From Macrostomum lignano (lineage: Eukaryota), in the NCBI GenBank assembly GCA_002269645.1, contig NIVC01003876.1, positions 8,652-72,651 on the forward strand: a stretch of 64,000 nt of DNA, read 5' to 3'. The notes beneath the pieces are model-generated. The model was not told where the DNA came from, ran no database searches, and saw only the letters and a list, made by a program, of their open reading frames with translations. Shown in pieces: positions 1 to 62,630 of the stretch. Position 1 is the stretch's first letter. The number at the start of each line of letters is the position of its first letter. A program made the position numbers and the translations under genes.

Positions 1-1120
1 CAAATTACGAATCATGAATCATGATTTGTAGATGAAATATGTATTATGAAAAGGAATATGGCCTAATCTAATAATCATATTGATCAAATAAACAAAGCAA
101 TATGCAATATGATTTTAATATCAAATTATCAACTTTATTACCTATTTTTTGTCATTAATAAATATGATTTTGTTGTGTAGTTAGATTTTGATTTGATACT
201 TGAACTGACTGTGAACTATTAAGTCATGTTGTGTTTGTAAAAAAATATAATTTTTTTTTAATTTTTTAGCAAATACATTATAATATTATTTACATAGCTT
301 TTAAACAGTTAGTTTCTATTGATAATGAGATAATGAGATCAGTCAAGAAAGCAATACATATGTATTAATGCACTGATTTACTTTTTCCAACTATTATTCC
401 ACTTTATCTATTTGCACAGGAAAAACTGCCAACCTTAACAAAATTTCCAATTAAAAATGAATAATAAATTGAATGCACCCTTCATTTGGTGATAGACAAA
501 TATATTAAAGAAAGAAGATATGATACAAAATCAATTTCAAGCATATTTTTATGGTGCAAGCATGCTAAATGACCTTTTATGAGTGGTCTAGCAGCGAAAA
601 TTGGTAATCTGGTTTTGAAACCAGTTTTGGCCAAAAAACAGGTTTTAAAACCAGTTAACCAATTCCACAAAATTGACAGCTTTTGGCATCTCCTAGTTCC
701 CACCAATGATATGGTGAAATCCAAAAATCGGGGGCAAGTTTTATGAAAATTCGTTTTTTGGCAATTTGAAAGCAACAAAGCTATAAAATAAATTTATTCA
801 AGTTTTTAAAAGGTAAAAAAGTCTATTAAAGCACAAATTATTTTTGTATAGCTTTATTTTTAATAAAATGATTTGTTAAAACGGTAAGTTTAATTACGAC
901 CTAAAATGAGTCTAATAAAAATGATAGAAAAGCTATAATAATGTATTTTAATAACTTTAACTATCTTATAATGTTACACTCTATAATTCTACAACATATT
1001 TAACATTATTTTCAAGGGTTTATTTGTTTATCACTTTCGTTACTCTTGACAACGTGTATTTTGTAGAGTTCGTTTGCAATAAATTGTGTTCAACGTAAGT
1101 TTATTATTTAAACATACAAA

Positions 1121-1815
1121 TTCCCGTAAGGATCGGAAAATTGCATTTTACTCAGCTTCTACTAAAGCGATTTGGAAAATTCTTTTTTTCCTGCATACAC
1201 GCCGCGATGATACATGTTTTAGTGTAATTTCATTGTTCCTCGTCGCTTAATGAGCATACAGTAAGCATCTGATTTGGAAGCCGGGTAACACATTAGAATT
1301 CCCATAAGGATTGGAAAATTGCATTTTACTCAGCTTCTACTAAAGCGATTTGTAAAATTCTTTTTTTCCTGCATACACGCCATGATGATACATGTTTTAG
1401 TGTAATTTCGTTGTTCTTCGTCGCTTAATGAGCATACAGTAAGCATCTGATTTGGAAGCCGGGTAACACATTGGAATTCCCATAAGGATTGGAAAATTGC
1501 ATTTTACTCAGCTTCTACTAAAGCGATTTGTAAAATTCTTTTTTTTCCTGCATACACGCCGCGATGATACACATTTAAGTGAAGTTTCACGATACCTGGT
1601 TGCTTAATAAGCTTACAGTAAGCGCTTACTTTGGAAGCCGGGTAACACATTAGAATTCCCATAAGGATTGGAAAATCGCGTTTTTCTCAGCTTCTACAAT
1701 ACCTATCAAGAAAATTCTTTTTTTCCTGCATGTATGCTGCGATGATGCATATTTAAGTGTAAGTTTATGATATTTCATTGCTTACTTCGTCTACAGGATG
1801 CATTTGATTTGATTT
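1121..1815. repeat. 178-bp tandem repeat, about 3.9 copies
   Basis: TTCCC(G/A)TAAGGAT(C/T)GGAAAA unit starts at 1121, 1299, 1477 and 1656; the last copy is more diverged. Confidence 0.95.
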
Positions 1816-4800
1816 CCGGATTTAAATTTTGTGGTCCAAAATTTTTCACTGAAATTTTTAAAGCCTGAATATGGCCTATTCTGAACAATACCATGATACA
1901 AGTCAATACTTAAATCAAAGAAGACATCTTAAAGATTATTTTGCAACAAGAAATAAGTGGTATACTTACTTCGGGAGAAAAAGGTTTGCTGGCAAAGTTT
2001 GCGCTTTGAGTTAGTATCGAGTTTTTGAGAGTTTAGGTGGTTTTAGAAAAAGTTCAAAATCTTTTGAACTGCTTGTTCTTTTTAAAAAAAATAAAAAGTA
2101 AAACACAGAATTCTTTCTCCTTTGTAAGCAAAAGAAAAAATTAGCCCTTTTTGAGACTAAAAAGTCTTATAATTAATTGTTTATTTGCAAAAAAAGTGAA
2201 AAAAAATAATCGCGAGGGTGTCAATACGCACTTTAAAAATGCTTTTTTAGTGGTTTTGCTCGTTTATTCAGCAATGCAGTGGTATAAAAATGAAAGTTTG
2301 TGTCCTGAACTTTTTTTTAAAGACTTACCTGTCCTTTAAAATGCTTTTTTGGATACATTACCTTCCATTCAAAGTCCGCAGATTTGTTTTACCGCTTTAT
2401 CCCACGTTTTTGGATTTCGCCATATATGCACAGTTAGCATACAAAAAATGACTAAGTTCAAGTTTTGTATAGTCTCCATATGCATAGTTGGAATAGCAAA
2501 AAATTTGATCAAGAATATCTCCTAACTTAGAATCTAAGTCTTAAAAATTATGTTATAATAAACTTGTATTTTTAGGGTTCAATAAAATTTTAACAAGTAT
2601 TTATAGCTATTTTAGTAAAAATTCAAAAATCAAAAGCCTAAAATATATTTTGATATTTTTTGTTTCATTATAGTATATACTATAGGCCTATAGCTATATT
2701 TTTTATAGGCATAGGCCTACAATATAAATTCATTGGTATACATTTACGTATATTAGCTAGGAAAGCAAATTTCATTCTGGCATATACCAATACACAATCC
2801 TAAAACTGGTTTATACAATACAGGCCTAACAAATTAACAATTAGGCAATATATTCTTAATAGTAAAATTGGATTAGACTTGAATAAACATAGACCTAGGT
2901 CCTAGGCATTGTGGACCCCTATGGCTATCAGGCTATGTCATATGTGGTGTGGCTAGATTAAATAAAAGATATAACTATAAGAAAAGTACATATTAGATAT
3001 TATCCTCAATCAACTATGCCCTAGGCCTAGCCCATATGATAGTTTAGGCCTGCATTATAACATTATAATTATTCAATACAATAGAATAGGCCTAGGCCTA
3101 TTATTGTCAAAAGCTAGATTTTTGGTCATACATAGGCCTATTATACACTTCTAAATATGAAATTTAATAGCCTAGAATAGCGTTTTATGAAATTCAAATT
3201 TACAAGGACAGATAATAAATAAGTTTTAATGGCCAACAGACAAGGCAACATTAACAGAATCTTACCACTTACCACTTACCAGAAATAGTACATTAATAAC
3301 AATAAGCACAACACGTAAGCATTGAGTGCACCCTTTAGCCATAGTTTAGTAAGACTTTCAATTAAAATGAATATTGAAGACTTTACAGACTTGAAGACTT
3401 GTCACCTGACAAATGAAACCAATTTCACAATGAAGCTAGTATAGTATCTGAATTAACTTAATTTATTTAGTGAAAAGAGCAATTTAAATAAGACTATTTA
3501 AAGTCTAAATAGTCAATCATTAAAACAAAAATACTGTAAATAATTAACCGTACGCTAGATTAATGCGCTATATAATGCTTTAATAAAAGCTTAAACAGTT
3601 TTTTACTATAAATATATAATATTTGATAAAATATCTATTCTATTATAATTATTCTGGTTCCGCGATCGGTTATCACCAAGGCTTCCTTGAATCCTTGAAA
3701 ATCTATCCAGATCAGTTAGTCAACCAACAAAACGATATAAAATAGTAAGCACAGCCACTAAAACAATTACAGAAAGGCAGACCAATAATTGACTACAAAC
3801 TGCATTTCAGTGGGATCGACGATCCATGAGAAAAAGAGGATGGAACGATGGAGTTATACTCCATATGATTAATACAAATTAATCTCTGAGCGCATCACCA
3901 GGATGTAAAACATTAGCCTCGTTGCGTAATTCTTAGGTACATCTGCACACATACGTGTTTTACGTTCATGCATGCAAATTGTAGTAGGTATGGGACTTGT
4001 TCAAAAGAATCAAGACCGAGAGTTAGTGCAGGAAATTCTATGAATTACATGCATCTTACATGTACGTATAAATGAACGTTTAAATTAACACAGCTAGAAA
4101 TGAGAGACAATGGATCGAATTTCTACCTAGCATGTATATGATGCAATCAACGATCGAAATGGCATATCGATTACAAATGACATACATGTACATGTATGTA
4201 AATTTTGTGTACGTAGGTGCATACATGTACACTGCACATACACGTGTACATTTTAATGTAAATGAATAACGTTCTTAGATCAGCCAATAGCCAATACCTC
4301 GCAATAGCCTTTCTATATTGCACCTCCTCATTGTTAAACTTATTTTTCTACTCAAGTACATATAGAACTTGCTTGCTCTATATAGTGCTTCTTCTTAATA
4401 GTTTGCTTGCTTCAATAAAGTTCATGTACGTGTATGTACAGTACATAAGTTTTCATGTATTAGTAAGGCGATGTAAAATTATATACACAAATCAGTTGGG
4501 CTTCGGGCACGTGCCTAGAGAATTTTTTCTGGAGAATGATATGCTAGGGAATGATATATTATTACGAGTATATTTTGCCATTAAAATCGGGCACACACAT
4601 GCATTATATGCAATAGCGCCAGCTATTGATGGGCTCGTAAACGTACACAAAAATTTACCTAGTACATTACTTGCACATCAGGTACATGTAGCTACTCCCT
4701 CTTGGCGAAAAAATACATGAATACATGTATATGTGTACATCTTAAAGTGGATTTGAAAGCTAACAAGCTGTTCTGTGGATGATATGTACACCGAAAATTG

Positions 4801-5469
4801 TAAAAATAATGATAAAAGCTTTCTTATATTTCTCTTCGATCATTACACTGGAAACATACACATGTGCTTTTGCGTACGCTATGGTTTAACAAAAAAGTTA
4901 ATGTACATACAGATTACATATACATATTGTGCATTTGGTTGTTGCAGATATCAGGACTAATAGACTAAAGTAATTTAATTATATTTTCCATGTGCAGATT
5001 ATTTAGTACAACCGTTCTACATGCTTTGCAATAAACAAAATTTACATACACAAACTCAGCATATTCCATTTAGATTCATTTAAGCAAGCTAAAAACTATA
5101 CGAGTACACTGCATCTAGCTAATATTCATTACCGTAGATCATGCTAAATACATGTGCCTGTAGTTCTACTTCTTTAAAGCTACTGTATATACTTTAATAT
5201 AATAAACTTTTCTAGATTAACTGGACCTATCGCTCCTCTGTACATAAGTACACAAAGAGTAAAATAGAAACTGCATCTACATGTGTATGACTAATTTACA
5301 GACATCATTTACGAATCGCTAAATATTACATAGTGGGTATTAATTAGCTCTCCTAGTGAGTTTAATGGTGCAATTCTACGTCATCAAGCACTATACACAC
5401 GATAACCACTTCGTGCTAAATTCGTGCTCAGGCTCAGCAGGAAGCAACCGCACTCCGATCCCGAGCCTT

Positions 5470-8400
5470 TCACACGAAGTCCTTCCTCATGAGGAACGTG
5501 AACCAGTAGGCCACATTGAACACTAGAAAGCACAGCGGATAGGCAAATACACAGGCCTGATCGACTTTTTCCGCTTCAAACTGTCCAGCTGTTGCTCCTG
5601 ATCCGTCTGGCTGCAGTTGCTGATGCTGCTGCTGATGCTGCTGCCGCTGTCGGATCCTTTGAGCGGCCTGGTGCTGCTGCCTCTGCGGCCTGTACCAGCT
5701 GTGATTGGCTCCGCGCCGGTGCCAAACGAAAGCACCCTCATCAAAATCCACCAGGCCGCAACCTTCTTCGCCATCTTCGTCGTTCCTATTCCGACGGTTT
5801 CTAGTAGAAGCACTGACGTTGCTGATCACATTGTCAACTTCTTCGTCTGTATCATTGTTATCGCTGTTGTCTTCGACGTTTTGCTCTTCCGACGCGTCGA
5901 GTCGTCGCATTTCAATGCGCTGATGAAGCTGCTGCCGATTAGAACTCAGATTCCTGCCGTACCGACTGTTCGCTGGCGTCTTGTCCCGCTGTTTCTTCTT
6001 GGATCCCGAGGCCAGAAGATTCCCGCCAAGACGCATCATCTCCTTGCGCATCAGGTTGCGCAGCTCGTCCCTCAGTTGTCGCTGTTCGTGACGCCTGGCG
6101 AGCATGTTCACGACGGCGAACTCGAGCAGAGATGCGGTGACGAATGCAAGACAAGCAAATAGCCAAACGTCGATGGCTTTGATGTAGGAAACTCTTGGAA
6201 GATTCTGGAAAAAGTCATTATTGGGAAGAGCTAATTACTGATGCACAGTTAATCTGTATAAAGCCATGGGAGTTCGGAGTTGGGAGTTCAAGCCTGAATA
6301 GCTAAATTCACTGTCTCGCAGTTAAGCCTGCTTAGACGCATGCATTGTTTGGATTCAATGAGTGGAAAAGCTGCTTGTATAGAAAGCCTCACTTGGTTCA
6401 GTTGGTCCCAAAATGAACTAACTAAGCTCTCTATTATTGGCATTTCATCCTCAATCAAGCCCGTTCAGGCGTGCACAGTTACCTGCTAGCAGAATTGCTA
6501 TAAACTTTCACGGGCAACTTGACAAGCACAATGCCTGCTCAACATGAATTCATAAGCTTAATACAATTTTCTGCTCAAAAACTAGCAGCTTAGTAAGCTG
6601 CGTTAGAGTCAATGATGACTTAGCTAAATCTGATCGATCTATCGAATCTTGCCAAAATTTGTGTCGATTGTGTCGATTTGTGTCGATAGGTGCGCCAAAT
6701 AAGTATCGGCCTATATGCTTCGTTTGAAGCATTTTTTCGAACTTTAACTTTCAACAAATTTGTCGCTTGAAATCGCAAAAATACTGTGTAAATCAGTTTA
6801 TACCCTGGGTTGATACAGAGATGTCTACCAAACAATTTTAGCTTGGACCACTGCTTCATACCTTGACCCATGATCTAGAGCCTGGAGGATCGCTTTGCTC
6901 TTACCTGTGATCCCAGAGCCTACAGCACTGCTCCATACCCCAACCTGTGATCCTAGAGCCTACAGCACTAGCTGCTCCATACCCCAACTTGTCATCCTAG
7001 AGCCTACAGCACTGCTCCATACCCCAACCTGTGATCCCAGAGCCTACAGCACTGCTTCATACCCCAACCTGTGATCCCAGAGCCTACAGCATAAGGACCA
7101 CCAGAAGTAGATGGCCTCATTAGTGGCTACGATTCACAATTGAATAATTCTAAAACCGCACCAACATACCTGCACCGTAGCAGCGCTCTGCGTCATGAGA
7201 GCCAGAACGGACAAGAGTCCCAGCGTGATCCTGGCTGGTACGGACTTGTAGTCAATCCAGAACGAGATCCAAGATATGGCCACGATCAGGACAGACGGCA
7301 GATATGTATAAATTAGATAAAATCCAAACTTTCGCACCAATTTGAACTCAACAAAGAGGCAGGTAAAAGCGCCAGTAGCGTTATAGGCTTTCTGACAGCT
7401 TCCGGACCGGACTGAGGGCAGCTCGAATTCGTTGAGAATGAGCTGCTGGTTGAGCGTAACGGACTCTTTGTCGAGCATCCAAACAAATTTCAGGTCGCTG
7501 AGCGCAAATCCGTAGCTGCCAATTTCCAACGGGCACTGCTGGGTGTCCATAGGGAAATTCCACAGCTGGAATCAAATGTCGACAGTGCTTGTAGAGTTTG
7601 TTTCGAATGTTTTTTTATATTTGGCTATCGGCATTACAAAGACACTAATACAGGTCTTCGTAACTTTTGAAACAGTTCGGTCCTGCTGAACATGAATCAA
7701 ACAGAGTATTATCCAGAGTCAGGACGCAAGCCGTCATGCTCTGAGCATGCGGATACGTCGCGAAGTTAGTTACTTCCGCCGGTTAATGTTAGGGAATTAT
7801 CTTGAATGTGGACACTCTGGCAAACTCTTTGCTCTCTTTGACTTCTTACCTGCATAGGACAAGCCAATTTAACCGTCAACTTCTGAGAAAAGGTAATCAA
7901 CCCGTCCTGCTGCAGCCAGATCAGATAGTTCGGCGCCGTGATCACGTGTAAAAATCCGTATTTTGCATTGCGAAAAAACAGATCCGGTATCCACAATCGA
8001 TCTTTGAGATAGCTCAGGCTAAACGTGTGCTTGTAGCCTCGGAATCGAAGTCGCGGATCGCGCCACTTCTGCCTGAGCAGCAGGTCCAAGCTGTAGTCCA
8101 TGTCGATGACGTTAATGCTGCCGAAACTCTGCACGTGCATGTTGATCTCTACCACCGTCGGCTCGCCGCTGCCGCCGGGCCTGCGGATTGGTGAGAGCTT
8201 CTCCGGCTGCGCCACTGGCTCTCTGTGCGTCTAGACATCACTGGCCCTTTACTCTCAATTCAATGCCAGTTCAGTTCATCAAACACGTCCTGTCTCATTC
8301 TCTCAGTTTCTCTCTCTCTACTTATCAACCTCTCTGCCTCCCTCCCTTTCTCCATTTTGAGGGCACCATTTTGAGACTACTTGTAAAAGATCCCGACGCG

Positions 8401-8672
8401 ACTCACCTATGATGACTCTCGTAATTCTCAAACAACAATCTGGAAATTTCCTCAACAGTATAGTTGCTATCAATAGACAGCGGTTCGGCAATGTCGGGTC
8501 CCAGGGGAACCATAGCAACCCGGTTGCTAGGCGGACGGGCAGACATGGCGTCGCGTAGTTCCGACAGTTGTCGTTTGCCAGTTGGCCTTTTGTCTGGAAC
8601 GGCAGACTGGGGCAGACCAATTGTTGCGCAGGCCAGGCCAACTTGAAATAGCAGCAGATATTGCAGGAACAT
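5470..8672 (-). CDS. Cys-loop ligand-gated anion channel subunit (glycine receptor/GluCl-like), 4 exons, 589 aa
   Basis: Exons 8672-8407, 8222-7850, 7565-7170, 6204-5470 with GT-AG ends and consistent phases (1,770 nt). Signal-peptide-like [16 protein letters not shown]; loop [12 protein letters not shown]; Cys-loop CPMQ|[11 protein letters not shown] (C-x13-C) split by an intron; second Cys pair in loop C ([13 protein letters not shown]); M2 PAR motif ([20 protein letters not shown]); [13 protein letters not shown] before M3; M4 [13 protein letters not shown]. The acceptor at 8222 was chosen by phase. Confidence 0.95.
6903..7092. repeat. 40-bp minisatellite, about 4.7 copies (intron of the channel gene)
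   Basis: Unit ACCTGTGATCCCAGAGCCTACAGCACTGCTCCATACCCCA. Confidence 0.95.
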
Positions 8673-8944
8673 TTCCGCAAAGGTATAAATTAAGAGTCCT
8701 AAATATTCTAAAGTTGGAATTACTCACCGACTTTTATCGAACGCAGCTATTTATATTGGCGGAAGAATTCTTGTATAGATCGAACCGCAGCCTATCAGTG
8801 AGCAGTTGAAAATACTAGCGTAGCGTTCCACCATTGGCTGTTCAATGCAACTTTTTCATGAACTTTTTCATGACTGCAAATGTTAGATTTGCAGTCTAAC
8901 ATATTGGAAAGCAGTTCGCCTAATAATGTACATCTTCCAAGGAG

Positions 8945-9122
8945 GGGCTTAAGCTCCAGGGGCTTTAGCACCAGGGGTATTATCACCAGGGGCTTTAGCA
9001 CCAGAAAGGTTTATCACTAGGGGCTTTAGCACCAGAAAGGTTTATCACTAGGGGCTTTAGCACCAGAAAGGTTTATCACTAGGGGCTTTAGCACCAGGCC
9101 CGGCTTTAGCACCAGGGGCTTC
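8945..9122 (-). repeat. Minisatellite with (T)GGTGCTAAAGCCCC core
   Basis: GGGGCTTTAGCACCA and a 31-bp extended variant repeated; reverse complement of the array at 26790-27040. Confidence 0.9.
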
Positions 9123-9996
9123 TCCATTTGGCTCCCTGGTATTTAACTTTTCAAAGAGTTTAACTGCTAATCTTTGAACGCATATCGACCGACTATCTGA
9201 ATCCAAACGATGTAGAGATTACGGCTTGAATACAAATGTTTACTTTTTTAATTGGGCAGCTTCCGGTTGTATACATGTACTAAACTGTTGCAGTGTGCTG
9301 CTCATGACAATTTTTTAATTGTACCACTGCTGCCAATTGAGGCAACAGTGGACCACAGACAGATGAGAAGATTTGGTCGACCCCGAATTTGAGAGGGGAT
9401 GCAGTGACATTGAGAAGTAATACACACATGTAGATGCATTTTTATGCAATTCAGAAATATTAAAATAACGAATTCCAAACTTTCAAGTCAATGCAGATAC
9501 ACTGCAGTTGTTGCCAGTACATCGAAGCACAACAAGATTAACAAATAATGCTAATAGTAGGTAAACCATTAGCCGTTCGTTGTTGAAGCGTTTTATTGTT
9601 TCATTATAAAAAAGCTAAACGACTTTAGCAACAAATCAACAGGCAAATGTATTTCGATTTCTTAGAATTTCTATTACATTGGATGTTAATAAAATAATTT
9701 GATGCAAATTAAGACGTTTTGCTTAGGCTGAGCATTTAGAAAAATCACAGTTCGACAACAAAAATAAATAGGAATCTCTACTATTAGTAGGCTACTTAGC
9801 AGTAGAAAAAAACTATAGTAAGTTTTGAAAAGTACAAAAATAGACTAAATAGTAAATAAAAACCATCAAGTAAAAATTTCAGCAGAAGTCCAAGTGGGCG
9901 CTAGAAAATAATGATATTGAAAAAATCACAGTTACATATCCGGATACAAAAATAAAAATATATGATACAAAGTTGCTCTTTACATCCAAAAGCACT

Positions 9997-33884
<23,888 letters not shown>

Positions 33885-35913
33885 GTAGGTTCGCGAATTT
33901 ACTGTTTAGAACGACAAATATTGCTTCACCAGCCTATTTGCTAAGGCTAGCTTACTTAGATTTTCGGAGCAGTTAACAATTTAGCAGTGGACGTCAATTA
34001 AAAGAAATATTTTGAATTAAGGAATAGTTTACCTATATTTACCTATAAAAGTTAAATCTATCTAATGCTGAAATTATAGATAAAATTATGAAAAAAATCA
34101 TTAGTCATACTCCCATTTAGATTTTTAGCTAGTAAACCAGTTTTTTTCTATTAAATGTTTACTTAAAAAATAGAATTGATATATTCCAATAGAAATATGA
34201 TCACCATTAAACAAGTAGAAAGTTTAGATAAACTAATATTTTAGCTTAACATCGTGAAGTTGAATTGAAAACAATTTTAAGAATTATAGCTAACTTGTAA
34301 TTTTGAAAGCACTAGTGCTACTTGATTTAGCTAAAAATGCATATATCTAGCTTAACACTTCTACTTTATGATGTTAAAAGTTTTCTAACGATCCTAAAAT
34401 TTTATAAAAATGAAAAACTTACTGCTAACTAAACAATTATTGTTAGCCCAGATAATCAATGGTTAAATACAAGACAGTATTTTTTAATTCTAAAATCTCA
34501 TACCTCAGAAAAAAAACTTTGCATTCTTTTTTAGGCCTCAAAAGAAAGCACTAATGGTAATGGATTTAGCAAAGATTATAGTAATGCTTTTCGTGTATAT
34601 ATAGCAAAGGAAAGTTTTGAATAAAATAGCATCCCTTTGTAAGGTTCACAATAATAGATAAAGATAAATTTCAAATTATGATACAAAGTGTTAATTTGGT
34701 AATATTATGATTATCAATTGTGATCAATTGTGATCAATCGTGACTTTTGATAAGTCAATGTTAGGTAGTGATCGAAAAAACTAAGCGATCGATTCCTCTT
34801 GAAAAGGCTCCAAAAACGGACATAAACGAATCCTATGCGACCAAGAAGACAGATATATATATTAGCAAAAATTGTTTTACTTTTAAAATTCCACATGAAT
34901 ATCAGTAACGATGATAACACAATTGTTTAATAAATAAAATTATATACGCACTAAATTTAGTAGGTTTTGTTTAAACTCGTACGTTATTGTAACATAATTT
35001 TAACTTCATTTCTTTAAATGTTTTTTCGCAAACTTGACAAAATGATTTTAATTCCAGCCGAACATGCTATGCTACCCAATCAAATTTTAAGAGAAGTGAT
35101 TCTTTACGTAACCCTACAAAAGAAAAATATTCAACGAAGGTATTTTTTGTCTTTTGGTGGTATATTTCTACAATTTTATATTTAAACATTGTTAATGAGT
35201 GAGTGTCAGGTGAACGTGAAATACCTGATAATTACTTCGCTCTATGTTATTAATAAGGAATGTAGAGGCTCATGTTCGAATATTTCTCTAAAATGCTATT
35301 TGTTATTTTTTCATATCAGTCATGTAAGTTTCCAGACACATTCGAAAGAATTAAAAAAGAGCTGTTTTCAAATAGTTAGCTATTCTGATTCTTATTAACC
35401 AATGTTCAACAGAACAAAATTACTCGTGATTACTTGTTTTGTATTATGATAAAAATCAATTACAGACCAATGCCTTATTAACTAGAATCAGTTTTAACTA
35501 GAAAATATTCTTGGTTTAGACCTTACTAGATTGTAATCTCATAGACTTTTCCTTACTATATTCAATTAGTTATACATATAATTATCGTTTAAATTTATGA
35601 GTAAATATACAGAGTAAATAGTATAAAAAATTGTTCTACCATTAGGGACAAGATATATAAGTTTAATTGAAATGAAGATTCTATACATATTGGTTTCTAA
35701 ATTTATTTCGGAAATTTCTATAAAATCGATTATAATTATTACAAGAGAATTATTAAATATAAAATTTGAGCATTAAAAAACATTGGTGGCATGCAAATAT
35801 ATTTAATTTAGACCTAATCAATTTAAATAGTTATTCTGGTACATGCTTCATCATCATTCCAGCCTAGCGGACCGCGAAACAGCGCCGCAGCTTCATCGGA
35901 GGCTGGGTCCAGA

Positions 35914-61005
<25,092 letters not shown>

Positions 61006-62222
61006 TGAAGTAATTTTTATTAAAGTTATCTAGCTAAAGATGCGGAGTGATGTGTTAGACAATACTACTTATATTTGCACTAAGCCAAGTAGCATGACGC
61101 GGCCTTAACTATCTATATTTGTTTAAATCAAATTTTCTCCTAATCCTTTCGATTGAACTTTTAGCTGTTTTTAATGACATTTTCAGACCTGATATGAGGC
61201 ATTGAAGTCACAATTTCTGCAACACTACTCTCTGTTCGTCTTCAGGCAATATTAGTTTGTCGTGAAATTTAGAGCTTTGCTGACAATTACATTTTTGTGT
61301 CTCCGTTTTCACCTGCAGCAGCTAAAAAACTTTCGTCCAATGGCAAGATAAAATAATATTTTTTTAATCTGTGGCGAGCTCTGCATCTCATGCTATCGGA
61401 TTTTCGATGTTCTTCATGCAGCTTGACTTTTTCAGCGTTTTCATAATATCTTAGCAACCAATACGATATTTAAATAATATTTTTTCAACTGCTGAAAAAA
61501 ACTTATCTCCATGATAGTTCACCAAAAGAGTCATCTGTACTGAAAATCGTTCAACTTGCATTTCGTTGTCCATCCCACTTCGAGGTTCCAAATTTTGCAA
61601 TTCTATTTGAATATTATAACAAAACATTTCGTTCATCTATCTTCGTGTGTGCAATTTGCATCATAGACTACTAGATATAAGTAATACGAGAGTAAATTCT
61701 AAAATCTTTCGCGGTCATCTGTCATAATCTCCGTCCAATGATAGTTGGGAATTATGCTTTTTCATCAGCTCACCTATTCCATAGTTGTTGTCGAGCAGTA
61801 AAACAAATCAGTCGCACATTTTCATCTGACGCTTCTTTTTGCATTACCGTTTTTTTATTGAGAATATTTTTTCATTAATCAGCTTTCTTGACCGTATATT
61901 AAATGCAAACTTGAGTAGCAATTGTGTAGTGGCGGTTTGACCCCTGCAACCCGACATTTTCTCGACGTGAATTCTGTCCCAGGCACTAAACCTATTCACT
62001 ATGATGATTTACTAAACAAGCTTAGCTCCCCATGTCTGTCAGCCTTTTTTGGAAAATATAAAACTGATATTAATTCATGAAGCTTTAGTCGGACAACCGC
62101 GTCTGTTAATAGCTCGTAAAAGCCGTCCAATAATGCAAGATGTTTACAGCATTTTTTGACTTTTATCATTATCTAAGCATTTAGTATTTGCAACAAATGA
62201 TATGGCCCCTGATCCTTGTGCA

Positions 62223-62376
62223 GGCGCCCCTTGGTGCTGGCGCCCCCTGGTGCTGGCGCCCCCTGGTGCTGACGCCCCCTGGTGCTGGCGCCCCCTGGTG
62301 CTGACGCCCCCTGGTGCTGGCGCCCCCTGGTGCTGGCGCCCCCTGGTGCTGGCGCCCCCTGGTGCTGGCGCCCCTC
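62223..62376. repeat. 16-bp GC-rich minisatellite (GGCGCCCCCTGGTGCT)n, about 9 copies
   Basis: Direct inspection; same CC(C/A)TGGTGCT core as the arrays at 8945 and 26674. Confidence 0.95.
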
Positions 62377-62630
62377 AAATAAAAATGGGCACCTCAAATA
62401 AATATCACCAGTGAAGGAACAAGAAGTCGTTTAAAAGCAGAAAAAAGCAAATGTATTTCTTGGATTGTTCCATCTAGGAGGCAGGTGTCAAAACTAAACT
62501 GATGCTTTTTGACTTTCATCTTCTTTCAAAGCCAGTTTCTCGGTTCTCAATTGATGAGCAACAATGCGCATTGAAAAATAGCAAAACCCCTCTCTTCACA
62601 GGTTTGGGGCTGGAGATTTTGGCAAAGTTT

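Noticed and set aside
4262-4960. 152-aa and 61-aa ORFs in the TACATGTA-rich region
   Set aside because: AT-rich, no domain, composition matches the flanking non-coding DNA.
8673-9996. Operon or trans-spliced linkage of the two co-oriented minus-strand genes (1.3 kb apart)
   Set aside because: Spacing alone is not evidence, and no outron or spliced-leader acceptor can be established from the sequence.
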